42,406 bases of DNA, from positions 1-42,406 of the forward strand of contig JBBSCV010000001.1 in assembly GCA_038249925.1 (NCBI GenBank), read 5' to 3'. This document shows, in pieces, positions 12,774-25,700 of the stretch. The translations under genes and the position numbers were made by a program. Each line of letters opens with the position of its first letter. The stretch's first letter is position 1. The notes under the pieces were generated by a model. The model was not told where the DNA came from, did not search any database, and saw only the letters and a list, made by a program, of their open reading frames with translations. Source of the DNA: Burkholderiales bacterium. Its GTDB lineage: Bacteria > Pseudomonadota > Gammaproteobacteria > Burkholderiales > Burkholderiaceae_C.

Positions 12774-12808
12774 GCAAGCTGCCCTGAGAACACTGAAAGA
12801 AGCAAGAC

Positions 12809-13213
12809 ATGGCCAAGGCACCCGTCAATACCGCCGCGCGCCGCGTGAGCAAGAAGGTCCGCAAGAACGTTGCGGACGGCATTGCACACGTGCATGCGTC
12901 GTTCAACAACACCATCATCACCATCACCGACCGTCAAGGCGGTGCGCTGGCCTGGGCTTCCAGTGGTGGTCAGGGTTTCAAGGGCTCGCGCAAGAGCACG
13001 CCCTTTGCCGCCCAGGTGGCTGCCGAAACCTGTGGCCGTGCGGCCCAGGAACAAGGCATCAAGAACCTGGACGTACGCATCAAGGGACCTGGCCCCGGCC
13101 GTGAGAGCAGCGTGCGCGCTCTGGCTTCGCTGGGCATCCGCATCAACTCCATCAGCGACGTGACGCCGGTGCCGCACAACGGTTGCCGTCCGCAGAAGCG
13201 CCGCAGAATCTGA
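12809..13213 (+). CDS. rpsK: 30S ribosomal protein S11
   Basis: [13 protein letters not shown]...KSTPFAAQ...[12 protein letters not shown]. Confidence 0.99.
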   Translation: MAKAPVNTAARRVSKKVRKNVADGIAHVHASFNNTIITITDRQGGALAWASSGGQGFKGSRKSTPFAAQVAAETCGRAAQEQGIKNLDVRIKGPGPGRESSVRALASLGIRINSISDVTPVPHNGCRPQKRRRI

Positions 13214-13439
13214 TGGCTTGCTCAGCCTCGGCTGCGGCGCCTGTCGGCAAGTTTTCGTCGACCGGGCTACAATAGAGAGTTTCCCGCGCCGGTGAGCATT
13301 CATGCCCGCCGGCGGTTTTACTGAAGGACCTCGCTCCTTCAACAAGCCCACCGTCTGCGCAACTCATCGCCGCCAGACTCGCGCGGGCGGTCTTCAGTGG
13401 AAGCCGCTGCCGCGTCAGACAGTCAACAAGGATTCGAAC

Positions 13440-14063
13440 GTGGCACGTTACCTCGGCCCCAAGGCCAAACTTTCCCGCCGTGAAGGCACCGACCTGTTCC
13501 TGAAGAGCGCGCGCCGCTCCATCAGCGACAAGGCCAAGTTCGACAGCAAGCCAGGTCAGCACGGTCGCACCAGCGGCAGCCGCACCAGCGACTACGGTCT
13601 GCAGCTTCGCGAGAAGCAGAAGGTCAAGCGCATGTACGGCGTGCTCGAGCGCCAGTTCCGCCGCTACTTCGCAGAAGCCGAGCGCCGCAAGGGCAACACC
13701 GGTGCCAACCTGCTGGCGCTGCTGGAAAGCCGCCTGGACAACGTGGTCTACCGCATGGGCTTCGGCAGCACGCGCGCCGAAGCGCGTCAGCTGGTCTCGC
13801 ACAAGGCGCTCACCGTCAACAACATCGTCGTGAACATCCCGTCCTACCAGGTCAAGGCCGGTGACGTGGTGGCACTGCGAGACAAGAGCAAGGCGCAGCT
13901 GCGCGTCACCGAAGCACTGAAGCTGGCGCAATCCATCGGCCTGGCCGATTGGGTGCAGGTGGATGGCACCAAGATGGAAGGCACCTTCAAGAAGGTGCCC
14001 GATCGCGATCAGTACGGCGCCGAGATCAAGGAAGCCTTGATCGTCGAGTTGTACTCGCGCTAA
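13440..14063 (+). CDS. rpsD: 30S ribosomal protein S4
   Basis: GTG start: [15 protein letters not shown]...[14 protein letters not shown]...IVELYSR. Confidence 0.99.
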   Translation: MARYLGPKAKLSRREGTDLFLKSARRSISDKAKFDSKPGQHGRTSGSRTSDYGLQLREKQKVKRMYGVLERQFRRYFAEAERRKGNTGANLLALLESRLDNVVYRMGFGSTRAEARQLVSHKALTVNNIVVNIPSYQVKAGDVVALRDKSKAQLRVTEALKLAQSIGLADWVQVDGTKMEGTFKKVPDRDQYGAEIKEALIVELYSR

Positions 14064-14217
14064 GCGACAGGAAAGATCGGGCCGCCGGGCTTTTGGCCGG
14101 CGTCCCTTCCGTTTCGTTTCGCGTGCCGGGTGCGAAACGATCCCATCAGACCCGGCGCGGTCCTACAGCCTTATCGGTGTGACGAGCCGAGGGTATTGAC
14201 AGGAACTAAAGAACTTC

Positions 14218-15204
14218 ATGCAAACCACCCTTCTGAAGCCCAAGGCCATCCAGGTCGAGCCGCTTGGCGGCCACAAGGCGAAAGCCACTCTCGAGCCCTT
14301 CGAGCGCGGTTATGGCCACACCCTCGGCAATGCACTGCGGCGTGTGCTCCTGTCGTCGATGGTGGGCTTTGCCCCGACCGAAGTGACCATCGCCGGCGTG
14401 CTGCACGAGTACTCGGCCATCGACGGTGTTCAGGAAGATGTCGTTCACATCATGCTGAACTTGAAGGGCGTGGTCTTCCGTCTGCACAACCGCGACGAAG
14501 TGACGCTGGTGCTGCGCAAGGAAGGCGAAGGCCCCGTCACCGCCGGAGACATCCAGACGCCGCACGACGTGGAAATCATCAACCCCGAGCACGTCATCGC
14601 GCACCTCAGCAGCGGTGGCAAGCTCGACATGCAGATCAAGGTCGAGAAAGGCCGCGGCTATGTGCCGGGCAACCTGCGCAGGTATGGCGACGAGCCCACC
14701 AAGAGCATCGGCCGCATCATTCTCGATGCTTCTTTCTCGCCCGTGCGCCGCGTCAGCTACGCCGTCGAGAACGCACGCGTCGAGCAGCGTACCGACCTGG
14801 ACAAACTGGTGATGGAGATCGAAACCAACGGTGCCATCGCGCCTGAGGAAGCGATCCGCCAGAGCGCCCGCATCCTGGTCGAGCAACTGGCCTTCTTCGG
14901 CCAGATCGACGTGAACCCGATCGACAGCATGGTGCCGGCGGTGTCGCGCCCGACGCCTTTCGACCCCATCCTGCTGCGCCCGGTGGACGAGCTGGAACTG
15001 ACGGTGCGCTCGGCCAACTGCCTGAAGGCCGAGAACATCTACTACATCGGCGACTTGATCCAACGTACGGAAACCGAGCTGCTGAAGACGCCCAACTTAG
15101 GCCGCAAGAGCCTGAACGAGATCAAGGAAGTGCTGGCTTCGCGCGGGCTCACGCTCGGTGCGCGGCTGGAGAACTGGCCCCCGCAGGGCCTGGACAAGCG
15201 CTGA
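14218..15204 (+). CDS. rpoA: DNA-directed RNA polymerase subunit alpha
   Basis: [22 protein letters not shown]...[12 protein letters not shown]...[12 protein letters not shown]. Confidence 0.99.
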   Translation: MQTTLLKPKAIQVEPLGGHKAKATLEPFERGYGHTLGNALRRVLLSSMVGFAPTEVTIAGVLHEYSAIDGVQEDVVHIMLNLKGVVFRLHNRDEVTLVLRKEGEGPVTAGDIQTPHDVEIINPEHVIAHLSSGGKLDMQIKVEKGRGYVPGNLRRYGDEPTKSIGRIILDASFSPVRRVSYAVENARVEQRTDLDKLVMEIETNGAIAPEEAIRQSARILVEQLAFFGQIDVNPIDSMVPAVSRPTPFDPILLRPVDELELTVRSANCLKAENIYYIGDLIQRTETELLKTPNLGRKSLNEIKEVLASRGLTLGARLENWPPQGLDKR

Positions 15205-15288
15205 GTCCTGGCGTTTCATCACGCCGCCCATGTGCAACCCCCGGTACCTTGTACGGCCGGGGTTCAATAAAGACAGGAAAGAAGCACC

Positions 15289-15690
15289 ATGCGCCACCGC
15301 AACGGCCCCCGCAAACTGAACCGCACCACCTCGCACCGCCTGGCGATGCTGAGGAATATGTGCAACTCGATCATCATGCACGAGGCGATCAAGACGACGC
15401 TTCCGAAAGCCAAGGAACTGCGCAGCGTCGTCGAGCCGCTGATCACCCTGGGCAAGACCCCCACGCTGGCGAATCGTCGCCTGGCTTTCAACCGCACGCG
15501 CGACCGTGATGTCGTGGCCAAGCTCTTCAATGTGCTGGGCCCGCGTTATCAAGCCCGCCCTGGCGGCTACACGCGTATCCTGAAGATGGGTTTCCGCGTC
15601 GGCGACAACGCGCCCATGGCCTTCGTCGAACTGCTGGACCGTCCTGAACCCAGCACCGCGGACACTGCAGCGGACGACAAGGCTGATTGA
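15289..15690 (+). CDS. rplQ: 50S ribosomal protein L17
   Basis: [17 protein letters not shown]...[10 protein letters not shown]...GDNAPMA. Confidence 0.99.
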   Translation: MRHRNGPRKLNRTTSHRLAMLRNMCNSIIMHEAIKTTLPKAKELRSVVEPLITLGKTPTLANRRLAFNRTRDRDVVAKLFNVLGPRYQARPGGYTRILKMGFRVGDNAPMAFVELLDRPEPSTADTAADDKAD

Positions 15691-15741
15691 GCCTGAGCCG
15701 ATCTGAACCAGTCAAACCACGACAGATCAGAACCGAATACG

Positions 15742-15769
15742 CGCCGGCCGAAAGCCGGCGTTTCGCTTT
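15742..15769 (+). terminator. Probable intrinsic terminator of the alpha operon
   Basis: Hairpin CGCCGGC-CGAAA-GCCGGCG followed by TTTCGCTTT. Confidence 0.6.
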
Positions 15770-15784
15770 GCGGGCCCGCTCTCG

Positions 15785-16120
15785 TCAGGGGTCGACACCC
15801 GATGACGGACCCGTCGCACTGCCACCCTGCGATTCGCGGCGAATCTCGCGCAGCATGTACAGGTAGAGGCTCTCGACTTTCTCGCGCGCCCAAGGGGTGC
15901 TGCGCAAGAGCTTCAGGCTCGAGCGCACGCTCGGGTCGCTGCTGAAGCAACGCAGAGGAATGCGTTCAGCCAGTCCGGCCCATCCGTAGCGCGCCACCAA
16001 CGCGGTCAGCGCTGCTTCGAGCGTGATCCCGTGCAGGGCGTTGCGGGGTTGCTCAGGCGCTTGTTTCAGTGGTTTTCTTCGTGTTTGCTCGGGCGGTTGG
16101 GCTGGCGTCTTTGAACTCAT
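15785..16120 (-). CDS. VF530/DUF2132 family putative DNA-binding protein
   Basis: NALHGITLE...[39 protein letters not shown] family signature. Confidence 0.9.
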   Translation of the reverse strand: MSSKTPAQPPEQTRRKPLKQAPEQPRNALHGITLEAALTALVARYGWAGLAERIPLRCFSSDPSVRSSLKLLRSTPWAREKVESLYLYMLREIRRESQGGSATGPSSGVDP

Positions 16121-16228
16121 GTCAGCGATGTTCCTTTGTGTGGCGAGATTCGCACATCGCGGGCCCTAAAATAAAACTTCCTCCTTGCATTCAGCAAGCA
16201 GTTTGTTCACACAGGACCCCAAGACGCA

Positions 16229-16723
16229 ATGGCAACCAAAAAGACAGCACCTCAAGCCCCCACGAAGAAGTCGGCCGGCGCCAATCCGATCATCAAGCCC
16301 GTCGCCAAAGCCAGCCCGAAGGCCAGCGCCCAGGCCAGCGCCAAGACGGCGGTCGTCGCCAACAAGGCAGCAAAGGCTGAAACGCCCGCCAAAGTCGCCG
16401 CTGCCCCCAAGCCCATCAAGACCGCATTCAACAAGACGAGCCTGCTGGCCCATCTTGCGCAGCAGACCGGCGTCGACGCGAAGCTTGTGAAAGCGGTCGT
16501 TGCCGGCCTCGAGGCCACGATGCTCGCGTCGGTTCATAAAAAGGGTCTGGGTGAATTCACGATGCCCGGCTTGTACAAGGTCAGCGTCTTGAACGTGCCG
16601 GCGAAGAAAAAGCGTACCGGCATCGATCCGTTCACCAAGCAAGAGCGCTTGTTCGCAGCCAAGCCTGCCACCGTCAAGATCAAGGTCCGCGCATTGAAGA
16701 AGCTGAAGGACGCGGCGCTCTGA
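16229..16723 (+). CDS. HU/IHF-family DNA-binding protein with Lys/Ala/Pro-rich N-terminal extension
   Basis: NKTSLLAHLAQQTG...FTMPGLYKV...RTGIDPFT...AAKPA...KLKDA HU fold. Confidence 0.9.
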   Translation: MATKKTAPQAPTKKSAGANPIIKPVAKASPKASAQASAKTAVVANKAAKAETPAKVAAAPKPIKTAFNKTSLLAHLAQQTGVDAKLVKAVVAGLEATMLASVHKKGLGEFTMPGLYKVSVLNVPAKKKRTGIDPFTKQERLFAAKPATVKIKVRALKKLKDAAL

Positions 16724-16782
16724 GCATGCGGCACGGCCGGCATGCGCCTACTCGCGCCACCCCGGCCCCGCAGACTCTTCCC

Positions 16783-17883
16783 TCAGCGCAGCAAGGCCAC
16801 TGACTTCAATTGCAGCCAGGCGGCGTGGCCCGCGCGCAGCCCCAGCGAGTGCAACGCGCGCGCGGTGACACGCACCAGCAGCACCGAGCCGCCGACGCGG
16901 CAGCTCACCAGCAGCTGAGACGGATGCTGGTCCGGCGCCACCTGCTCGATGGTGCATGGCATGTGGTTCTGGATGCTGGTGTCGTGCGGCGCGTAGGTCA
17001 GCAAGCTCACATCTCGCGCCAGCACGCGAAGGCGCACGGCCTGGCCCACCGGCAGGCCGCTGTCGCGCAGCCACAAGCTGCCGCCGTCGAATTCAGCCCG
17101 GCACAGGTGCCAGCGCGAGTCGCGCTCGGCGATGTGCGCAGCCAGAACTGCGCCCACGTCCTCTCCTTGCAGCACCGGGTGGCTGGGCGATGACAAGACC
17201 TGTCCAGTCGGGCCTGCGCCGACCACACGCCCCTCTTCCAGCAGCACCACGTGGTCAGCCAACCGCACCAACTCGTCAGCGGAGTGGGTAACGTAGAGCA
17301 TCGGCGTGTGCAACTCGTCGCGCAAGCGTTCCAGCCAGGGCAGGACTTCCTGCTTGCGCGCTGCATCCAACGCGGCGAGTGGTTCGTCCAGCAACAGCAG
17401 CCGGGGCTGAGTGGTCAGCGCGCGTGCAATGGCCACACGCTGACGCTCGCCGCCCGACAGCTGAGCGGGCTGCCGTGCCAGCAGTTTTTCAATGCCCAGC
17501 AGTGCGATGGCGGCTGACAAGGCCTGTGCCGCGCCAGGCGTGCGCGTTCGCTTGAGCCCGAATTGAAGATTGGCCTGGACATCGAGGTGCTCGAAGAGAG
17601 AAGCCTCCTGGAAAACGTAGCCCAACGGCCTGCGCCAGGTTGGCAGGAAGATGCCGCGTGCTTCGTCTTGCCACACCTCGTGGCCGATCTGCACCAGGCC
17701 TTGCCGCGCACGTTCCAGGCCAGCGACGCAGCGCAAGACGGTGGTCTTGCCCGAGCCCGAGGCACCGAAGAGCACCGTGATGCCACGCGCCGGCAAGGCC
17801 AGGTCGACATCGAGCGCAAAGCCCTCGCGCGTGACCTGCAGACGCACGCGGTGGTGCGGGTCGTCGACGGCGGGTGCGCTCAT
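16783..17883 (-). CDS. modC: Molybdate ABC transporter ATP-binding protein
   Basis: [25 protein letters not shown]-terminal TOBE-like region; follows modB. Confidence 0.96.
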   Translation of the reverse strand: MSAPAVDDPHHRVRLQVTREGFALDVDLALPARGITVLFGASGSGKTTVLRCVAGLERARQGLVQIGHEVWQDEARGIFLPTWRRPLGYVFQEASLFEHLDVQANLQFGLKRTRTPGAAQALSAAIALLGIEKLLARQPAQLSGGERQRVAIARALTTQPRLLLLDEPLAALDAARKQEVLPWLERLRDELHTPMLYVTHSADELVRLADHVVLLEEGRVVGAGPTGQVLSSPSHPVLQGEDVGAVLAAHIAERDSRWHLCRAEFDGGSLWLRDSGLPVGQAVRLRVLARDVSLLTYAPHDTSIQNHMPCTIEQVAPDQHPSQLLVSCRVGGSVLLVRVTARALHSLGLRAGHAAWLQLKSVALLR

Positions 17884-18563
17884 GGCATCACCCGCCCCGC
17901 GCGCCGCTTCATCAGCGCCAGCGCCAGCAGCACACCGAAGGTCAGCACCACCATGCCGGCCGACAGCACATGGGCCTGCGTGAACTCGCCGGCTTCCACG
18001 TGGCCGTAAATCTGCATCGAGACCACCCGCGTCTGCCCGGGAATGTTGCCGCCGATCATCAGCACCACGCCGAACTCGCCCACGGTGTGCGCAAAACTCA
18101 GAATGGCGGCGGTGAGCAGGCCCGGCCGTGCCAGCGGCAGCGCCACGCTGAAGAAGGCGTCGAGCGGGCGCGCGCGCAGCGTAGCCGCCACCTCCATGGG
18201 CCGCGGGCCGATGGCCTCGAAGGCGTGCTGGATGGGCTGCACTGCGAAGGGCAACGAGAAGACAAGCGAGCCGATCAGCAGCCCCGTGAAGGTGAAGTTC
18301 AGCGTGCCCCAGCCCAAGGCCGTGGTGAGGCGGCCCACGGCCCCGTCAGGCCCCATCAGCACCAGCAGGTAGAAGCCCAGCACCGTCGGCGGCAGCACCA
18401 GCGGCAGCGTCACGAGCGCGCTGACGGGCGAGCGCCAGCGCGAGCGCGTGCTCGCCAGCCACCAGGCCAGCGGCGTCGCCAACAGCAGCAGCAGCAGCGT
18501 GGTGGCAGTGGCCAGTTGCAGCGTCAGGCGTATGGCCTGCACGGCCTCAGGGCTCAGGGGCAT
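17880..18563 (-). CDS. modB: Molybdate ABC transporter permease
   Basis: [15 protein letters not shown]...[22 protein letters not shown]. Confidence 0.97.
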   Translation of the reverse strand: MPLSPEAVQAIRLTLQLATATTLLLLLLATPLAWWLASTRSRWRSPVSALVTLPLVLPPTVLGFYLLVLMGPDGAVGRLTTALGWGTLNFTFTGLLIGSLVFSLPFAVQPIQHAFEAIGPRPMEVAATLRARPLDAFFSVALPLARPGLLTAAILSFAHTVGEFGVVLMIGGNIPGQTRVVSMQIYGHVEAGEFTQAHVLSAGMVVLTFGVLLALALMKRRAGRVMP

Positions 18564-18620
18564 CGAGGGAGGGCGGAGTGGGCGTTCGGCCGAGGTTGCG
18601 CCGTCATCGCGAGCGGGGCT

Positions 18621-20245
<1,625 letters not shown>

Positions 20246-20398
20246 AGGAAAGCGCAGGCACCCCACAAACCGAGGTATTCCGTGTTGCAGTGCCTGCCAA
20301 TGCTGCTACCGTTGCCGAATGGTTTCGGCGTGTGCCGGATTCCTACACGCGTTCTCTGTTTTCTTGACGGTTTTACCCAATCAACCAAAGGGGTCGAG

Positions 20399-22372
20399 AT
20401 GAAGGTTTCAGGACAAGGAGTTCTCACGGTCTTGGTCATGGCAATGACCGGGCTGTGGGCAGGTGGCGCGATGGCCGCCGACGTGAAGGCCGCGGCCACG
20501 GCCTCTGCCAAGGTGCAGCACTGGTCGGCTTCCAGCGGTACCGTGGGGGTGCGGTGGAACCGCGACCTGGCCGGGGACATCGGCCTGACGCTGGGCGCGG
20601 CCATGGCGCGCCAGGGCGCGATCGGCGCTGACGACCATGAATTCTTCGATTTGTCCGACGTGGGCAGCCTCGACTTCAACGTGCGCAGCGGCAACCTGCA
20701 CGAATTCGTGGGCGGCGCACTGCAGGCGCGTGGCGGCTACCTCATCGATTCGAAGGCTGGCCGGATCGACCTGAGCAACTTCCGCCTCGTGCCGCGCCTC
20801 GACGCGAAGGTGCCCACGCTCGACGTGGTGGGCAGTGACGGCAAGACCTGGTTCTACCTCGACCGTGTGATGTATGAGCTGATCGACAACAACCAGCGCC
20901 TGGCTCTGCGCACGATGGACTTGCGCATCACGCCCGAACTGGCGCAGCGCATCGGCCATCCGGAAGTGGCCGACTGGGCCATCGCCGACATGTTGGTGAC
21001 CAGCAACGTGCTGCGCCAGGGCGTGCTGCCACCGGAGCTTGTGGACCGCAAGTGGCACGGCACCGCAGTGCCCGGTGTGCCTGGAGCGGTTTACCAGGCC
21101 GACCTCTTCATGACCACCTTCAACATGCAGTATTCGCGCTGCAATGGCTGCACCGGCGCTGGGGGCAACGGGGTGACCGTGTTCACGCCTTCATCGACGC
21201 TGCGCAACAGCCTCAACAACGGCACTTTCGTGGCCACCGTGCCTGGCGACCCGCTGGGCACCAGCACCGCGCTGTACGCCGCCGACATCCCCTGGTATCA
21301 GAAGTTCACCGGCCCCTTCCCGCCCTATGGCAACGACCAGCACCCCTACCTGATCTGGAACCTGTACCGCTTCAACGCCGACGGCAGCATCGACCAGATC
21401 GGCCGTTCGGGCGTGAAGCATGCCTTCCTGACGCTGAACACCAATTGCCTGCAGAACCCGGGCAACTCCAATATCCTGGGCCTCGGTTGTGCTGACGTCT
21501 ACAGCGTCGGCAACAACGACAGCAACAACTCGCTGGGCCCGCGCAACGAGATCATCCCGGCGACCAACGTCTGGGGCCGCTGCGGGTCCATCTACGACAC
21601 CAACTGCGACGGGGTGCAAAACAGCTCCGGTAACGGCAGCTACGACCAGCGCCTGAAGGTGATTGAATCGCAGTTCAGCGGTACTGCACAGGCCGGGGCC
21701 ACCTACCGCTTCGAGAGCTGGTATCTGGCGCGCCAGGACATCAACATCCTGAACTCCATGGCCAGCGCACGAGCCACCTTCTCGCGCCCGTCGACGGTGT
21801 GGGTGGTAGGCGCCAACGACCAGTACCGCCTGGGGCCGGCCATCGACCGCTGGGTGGACCCCGCCGCACCCGGCGCCAACGCCGCCACGACCATGGTCAC
21901 CACCGCCGAAGGCAATTTGAAGGTGGCGATGAAGGCGACAGACCTGGGTGGTGGCCGCTGGCGCTATGACTACGCCGCGATGAACCTCGACTTCTCGCGG
22001 CCACAGACGGAAGGAGCTGAGCCCAACCTGCGTGTGGTGCGGGCACTGGGGTTCGACAACTTCACCGTGCCGGTGGGTTCCTCGACCGTAACCGACCTGG
22101 TCTTCAGCGACGGCGACCTCGACAGCAGCAATAACTGGACTGCCAACATCCGGGATGGCCGCCTGACCTGGACTTCGGGCAACCGCAGCAACGCGCTGAA
22201 CTGGGGCACGATGTTCCGCTTCTCGTTCATCGTGAACCAGGCGCCCATGCCCGGTGCCGTGACGCTGCACATTGCGGCCGACAACACGCGCGATGTGCTG
22301 ACAGCGGGCGGCCTGCTGACACCCGCACCGCTGGCGCGGCCGGCCGCAACGACGGCTCGCGCCGCGCGCTGA
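20399..22372 (+). CDS. Large secreted uncharacterised protein (657 aa), Cys/Asn-rich, possibly with a lysyl-oxidase-like domain
   Basis: Sec signal MKVSG...GGAMA-A after AAGGGG RBS; host-like codon usage; function inferred only from motifs. Confidence 0.8.
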   Translation: MKVSGQGVLTVLVMAMTGLWAGGAMAADVKAAATASAKVQHWSASSGTVGVRWNRDLAGDIGLTLGAAMARQGAIGADDHEFFDLSDVGSLDFNVRSGNLHEFVGGALQARGGYLIDSKAGRIDLSNFRLVPRLDAKVPTLDVVGSDGKTWFYLDRVMYELIDNNQRLALRTMDLRITPELAQRIGHPEVADWAIADMLVTSNVLRQGVLPPELVDRKWHGTAVPGVPGAVYQADLFMTTFNMQYSRCNGCTGAGGNGVTVFTPSSTLRNSLNNGTFVATVPGDPLGTSTALYAADIPWYQKFTGPFPPYGNDQHPYLIWNLYRFNADGSIDQIGRSGVKHAFLTLNTNCLQNPGNSNILGLGCADVYSVGNNDSNNSLGPRNEIIPATNVWGRCGSIYDTNCDGVQNSSGNGSYDQRLKVIESQFSGTAQAGATYRFESWYLARQDINILNSMASARATFSRPSTVWVVGANDQYRLGPAIDRWVDPAAPGANAATTMVTTAEGNLKVAMKATDLGGGRWRYDYAAMNLDFSRPQTEGAEPNLRVVRALGFDNFTVPVGSSTVTDLVFSDGDLDSSNNWTANIRDGRLTWTSGNRSNALNWGTMFRFSFIVNQAPMPGAVTLHIAADNTRDVLTAGGLLTPAPLARPAATTARAAR

Positions 22373-22422
22373 GGGCCTGCAAAGGCCAGCTGCGGAAAAC
22401 GCGGTATACTTGCCGGCTCAGT

Positions 22423-22499
<77 letters not shown>

Positions 22500-22539
22500 C
22501 GAAAACTGCAGCTAGATCAACGAGTTAGCTGCGAAGCGG

Positions 22540-22564
22540 AAGCCACCCAACCGGGTGGCTTTTT
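22540..22564 (+). terminator. Intrinsic terminator after the tRNA
   Basis: AAGCCACCC-AACC-GGGTGGCTT followed by a T run. Confidence 0.85.
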
Positions 22565-22568
22565 GCTT

Positions 22569-22609
22569 TGTGCCCATCCTGTGCCCACTTTGTGCCCAGG
22601 CTGTGCCCG
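22569..22609 (+). repeat. Four direct repeats TGTGCCC(A/G) at 11-bp period (integrase arm-type site candidates)
   Basis: Copies start at 22569, 22580, 22591 and 22602, about 70 nt after the tRNA 3' end. Confidence 0.8.
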
Positions 22610-22783
22610 ACCTCAACCGCGCGTTTCCCGAAATGACCGTTGGGCTCTGCGCCCGCCATCGACCTGGAAGGCAAGCCCAGGCCAATTCGCTTCTGGTCCT
22701 TGAATCCGGATTCGCTTGGGCTGCCGTTGGGCGAGTGGTCCGTGCCGGTCAATCCCCAGGGCCTGCGGGGTTCAACCTTCAAG

Positions 22784-25700
22784 CTAAAGCTTGAAGGTGA
22801 CGCTCATCGGATTGCTACCGATGTGCGACTGGTAGGTCACTGGGCCGCGGTATACGAAGGAAGCGGCCTTGCCGCCGCCGAGCTTGGTCTCGCGCACGAA
22901 GAGGTGGATCGCTATGCCTTTCGCCACGTGATCGATGATCTCCTGGCCTCGCTTGCTTGCCGGCGTCGTCGCATTCTGGCTCTGCCAGTGGAAGGTGTGC
23001 TCGTCGATCCAGTGGTCGTGATACCGATGCTCCTGCGCCTTGCCTTGCTTGTTCAAGGTCACCAGCAGGACATGTACCTTCTTGTCGTTCAGCACGACGT
23101 GGCCGACGTTCCAACTGCCTGGGTTGAACGTCTCCCCGAAGAGCGGCGGTATGTCCTCCCGCGCGAAGGGTTGGCCGACGACCAGATCAAGCGGGTCGAC
23201 CACTGCCTTCAACCGCGCCAGGGTGCGCATCTCGTCGGTTGCTTGCAGGTCCTCGTAGGCCGGGTTGTTGGCCTTCAGGATGTAGCTGCCGTCCTTGGTC
23301 TTGGTGACCACCCGCAGGAGGTACTGGTTGTCGCCACCTGACTCGTCCTGCCGTTCGATCGCCATCACCGTGCCGGTGATCGAGCCGGCATTGCTGGGGC
23401 TGACAAGTTCCAGCAGCAGGTAGTCGCCGTCCCGGATGGGGTTCTTGCCGCCACTCATCGAGTTCCCTGATGCCCGCGCGATGAAGTGGCGCGTTGCATC
23501 CAGCTTGCCGTAGGCCGATGGCAAAGTGCGGTGCTCCTCAGCATCGGTTCTGCCCGCGCGAAAGTGCCCGCACGCGATCTTGAGATTCGGGAAGTACGGC
23601 AGTTCGACTTCCGGCCGTTGCTTGGGCGTGAAGGGAATGACGTTGGAGGCCTCCGCCTCCACGGGGCGACGTACCTCGTAGGTGGCGAGCCGGTACGCCG
23701 TCAGCTCTTGGAGAAGACCCTCTGCTGCCTCAGCTTCGTCTGCCGGCAACTGTTGTGCGAGCGAGAACCGATCGTCCCCAACGCGGAAGAATGCCGAGGC
23801 AGCCGCAGCGCGGTTGCCGCCGATCCACGCGTTGATCGGGTTGTCGCGCCAGTACCGGATCCACCTGTCGTCGTGCCCATCGGGCAGCTTGGCGGTCGCT
23901 TCTGGCAGATCGCCGAGCAAGCTTGGCCGGCGGTGGAGGACGTCCCAGGACCGTTGCGCAAGGGCTGCCACCGTAGGCGGCGTCACCAGCCCATCCAACT
24001 CCAGCCAGGCTTCGAGCAGGACCATCTTGAAGCTCTTGGTCATCGGCGTGGCCTCGACTTCTCGCGGCAATCCAGCCAAGGCCTTCAAAGCCCGTGCCTC
24101 GTCCTCCTGGAGGTCGCCCATGGCGTCGACGAGCTCGAACCAGCTGCCATGCTGTTGGCGCATCGCCTGCACGCTGGCACCGGAGCGGTAGAACTCCGCC
24201 AGCGTGGGCCGCCGCCCGAGGCTGGCGCGCAGTGCTTCGTAGTCTTTCTGGGTGCCCGCGCTGTCCAGCGACTTCAGGAACTCGATGATCTTCAGGTCGT
24301 AGTTGACGTAGCAGCCATCGGGAAGCTCAAGCCGACCTTGCTCAGCCTTGCGAGCGAAAGCAGCGAGCGCCTTGTACGTCGAGCCCACGCCGAACAGCGC
24401 CTGCGGCTTCTGCAGGAAGCTCTGGTGGTTGCCGATGAAGTCGAGAATGACCAGATGGGTCTTCTCGTCGTTGAGGCGCAGTCCGCGGCCGAGTTGCTGA
24501 AGGAAGAGGATCTTCGACTCGGTCGGCCGCAGCATCATCACCGTGTCGATGCCCGGGAGGTCGACGCCCTCGTTGAACAGGTCCACGGAGAAGACGACGC
24601 TGAGTTGACCGTCCCGCAGTTGCTCCAGGGCCTGCGCGCGTCCGAGCGCGGAACCGGCGTACACGGCAGCCGACGAGATGCCTGCTTTCTGAAACTGCGA
24701 CTCCATGTACTCGGCATGCCTGATCGACACGCAGAAGGCAAGCGTGCGCTTCTGTGCCCGTGATCGCCACTCCCGAATGGCGTGCCGCGCGCGTGCCAGC
24801 GTGGCCAGCTTGTTTGACAGTTCCTCGGGATCGAACCGCCCGTTGCGCCAAGGAACCTCGCGGTAGTCGACCGACTCGTCGAGGATGCCGTAGTAGTGGA
24901 AGGGCGACAGCAGCTTGGCCTCGATGCCTTCGAACAGATTGCGCGTGAAGACCAGGTTGTCGTCGCACAGGGACAGAATGTCGGATTGGTCCGTGCGGTC
25001 CGGCGTGGCAGTCAGCCCGAGCAGGAACGCCGGCGCAAAGTGCCCCAGTAGCCGGCGGTAGGTGGCCGCTGCCGCATGGTGAAACTCGTCGATCACCACA
25101 TAGTCGAAGTGCTGCGGGGTAAACCGCTCCAGATGTGCAGCGCGGCCCAGCGTCTGCACCGAAGCACAAAGCACGTCGACCTCAGCGTCGCGACTGCGCC
25201 CCATGTAGTAGCCGACACGGGCTCGGGGGCGGATGCGCACGAACGTCGCCGCCGCCTGAGCGAGGATCTCTTCTCGGTGGGCAACGAACAGAACGCGGCG
25301 CGCGTTCGCCTGGGCGGCGTCGAACGCAGCGAGCCAAGTTTTTCCGAGACCGGTGGCAAGGACGACGACTCCCCTTCGGAAGCCCTGCTGCCGGGTTTCG
25401 TGGAGGGCGGCGAGTGCGGCCTGCTGAATGGCAGTCGGCTCGGGCGGTGCTTCTTGTTCATGACTGCCGGGTGCAACCGCTCGGGGCGGTGGGACGCGAC
25501 GCTTCTCGTAGGCCTCGATCCACGCGTCCGACAAGGCAACCGTCCTAGGGTGGGAGAAGATCTCCACGTACCGAGTTCTCGCCTCCAGAAAACCGCGGTC
25601 TGCTGGGTAGACGACGCGGTAGTTCCACTCCAGACCCTCCTGCAGCGCCTGGCGGCTGATGTTGCTGGACCCGACGAATGCCGTCCCCTCCACCAGTTCG

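Noticed and set aside
13302-13439. Extended N-terminus of rpsD (likewise secY from 10631, rplF from 8515, integrase from 27216)
   Set aside because: Family homology begins at the downstream start codons; the extensions are ORF-caller artefacts
20246-20398. Several small hairpins upstream of the secreted protein, considered as a riboswitch (e.g. Moco or c-di-GMP)
   Set aside because: No conserved riboswitch core recognisable by eye; could simply be the modE terminator. An Rfam scan would settle it
22569-22609. Short repeats considered as a CRISPR array or iterons
   Set aside because: 8-bp units with 3-bp spacers are far too short for CRISPR; no cas or rep gene in the window
22640-23341. 233-aa plus-strand ORF right after the tRNA
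   Set aside because: Mostly antisense to the DUF3427 end of the large gene; no RBS or recognisable domain
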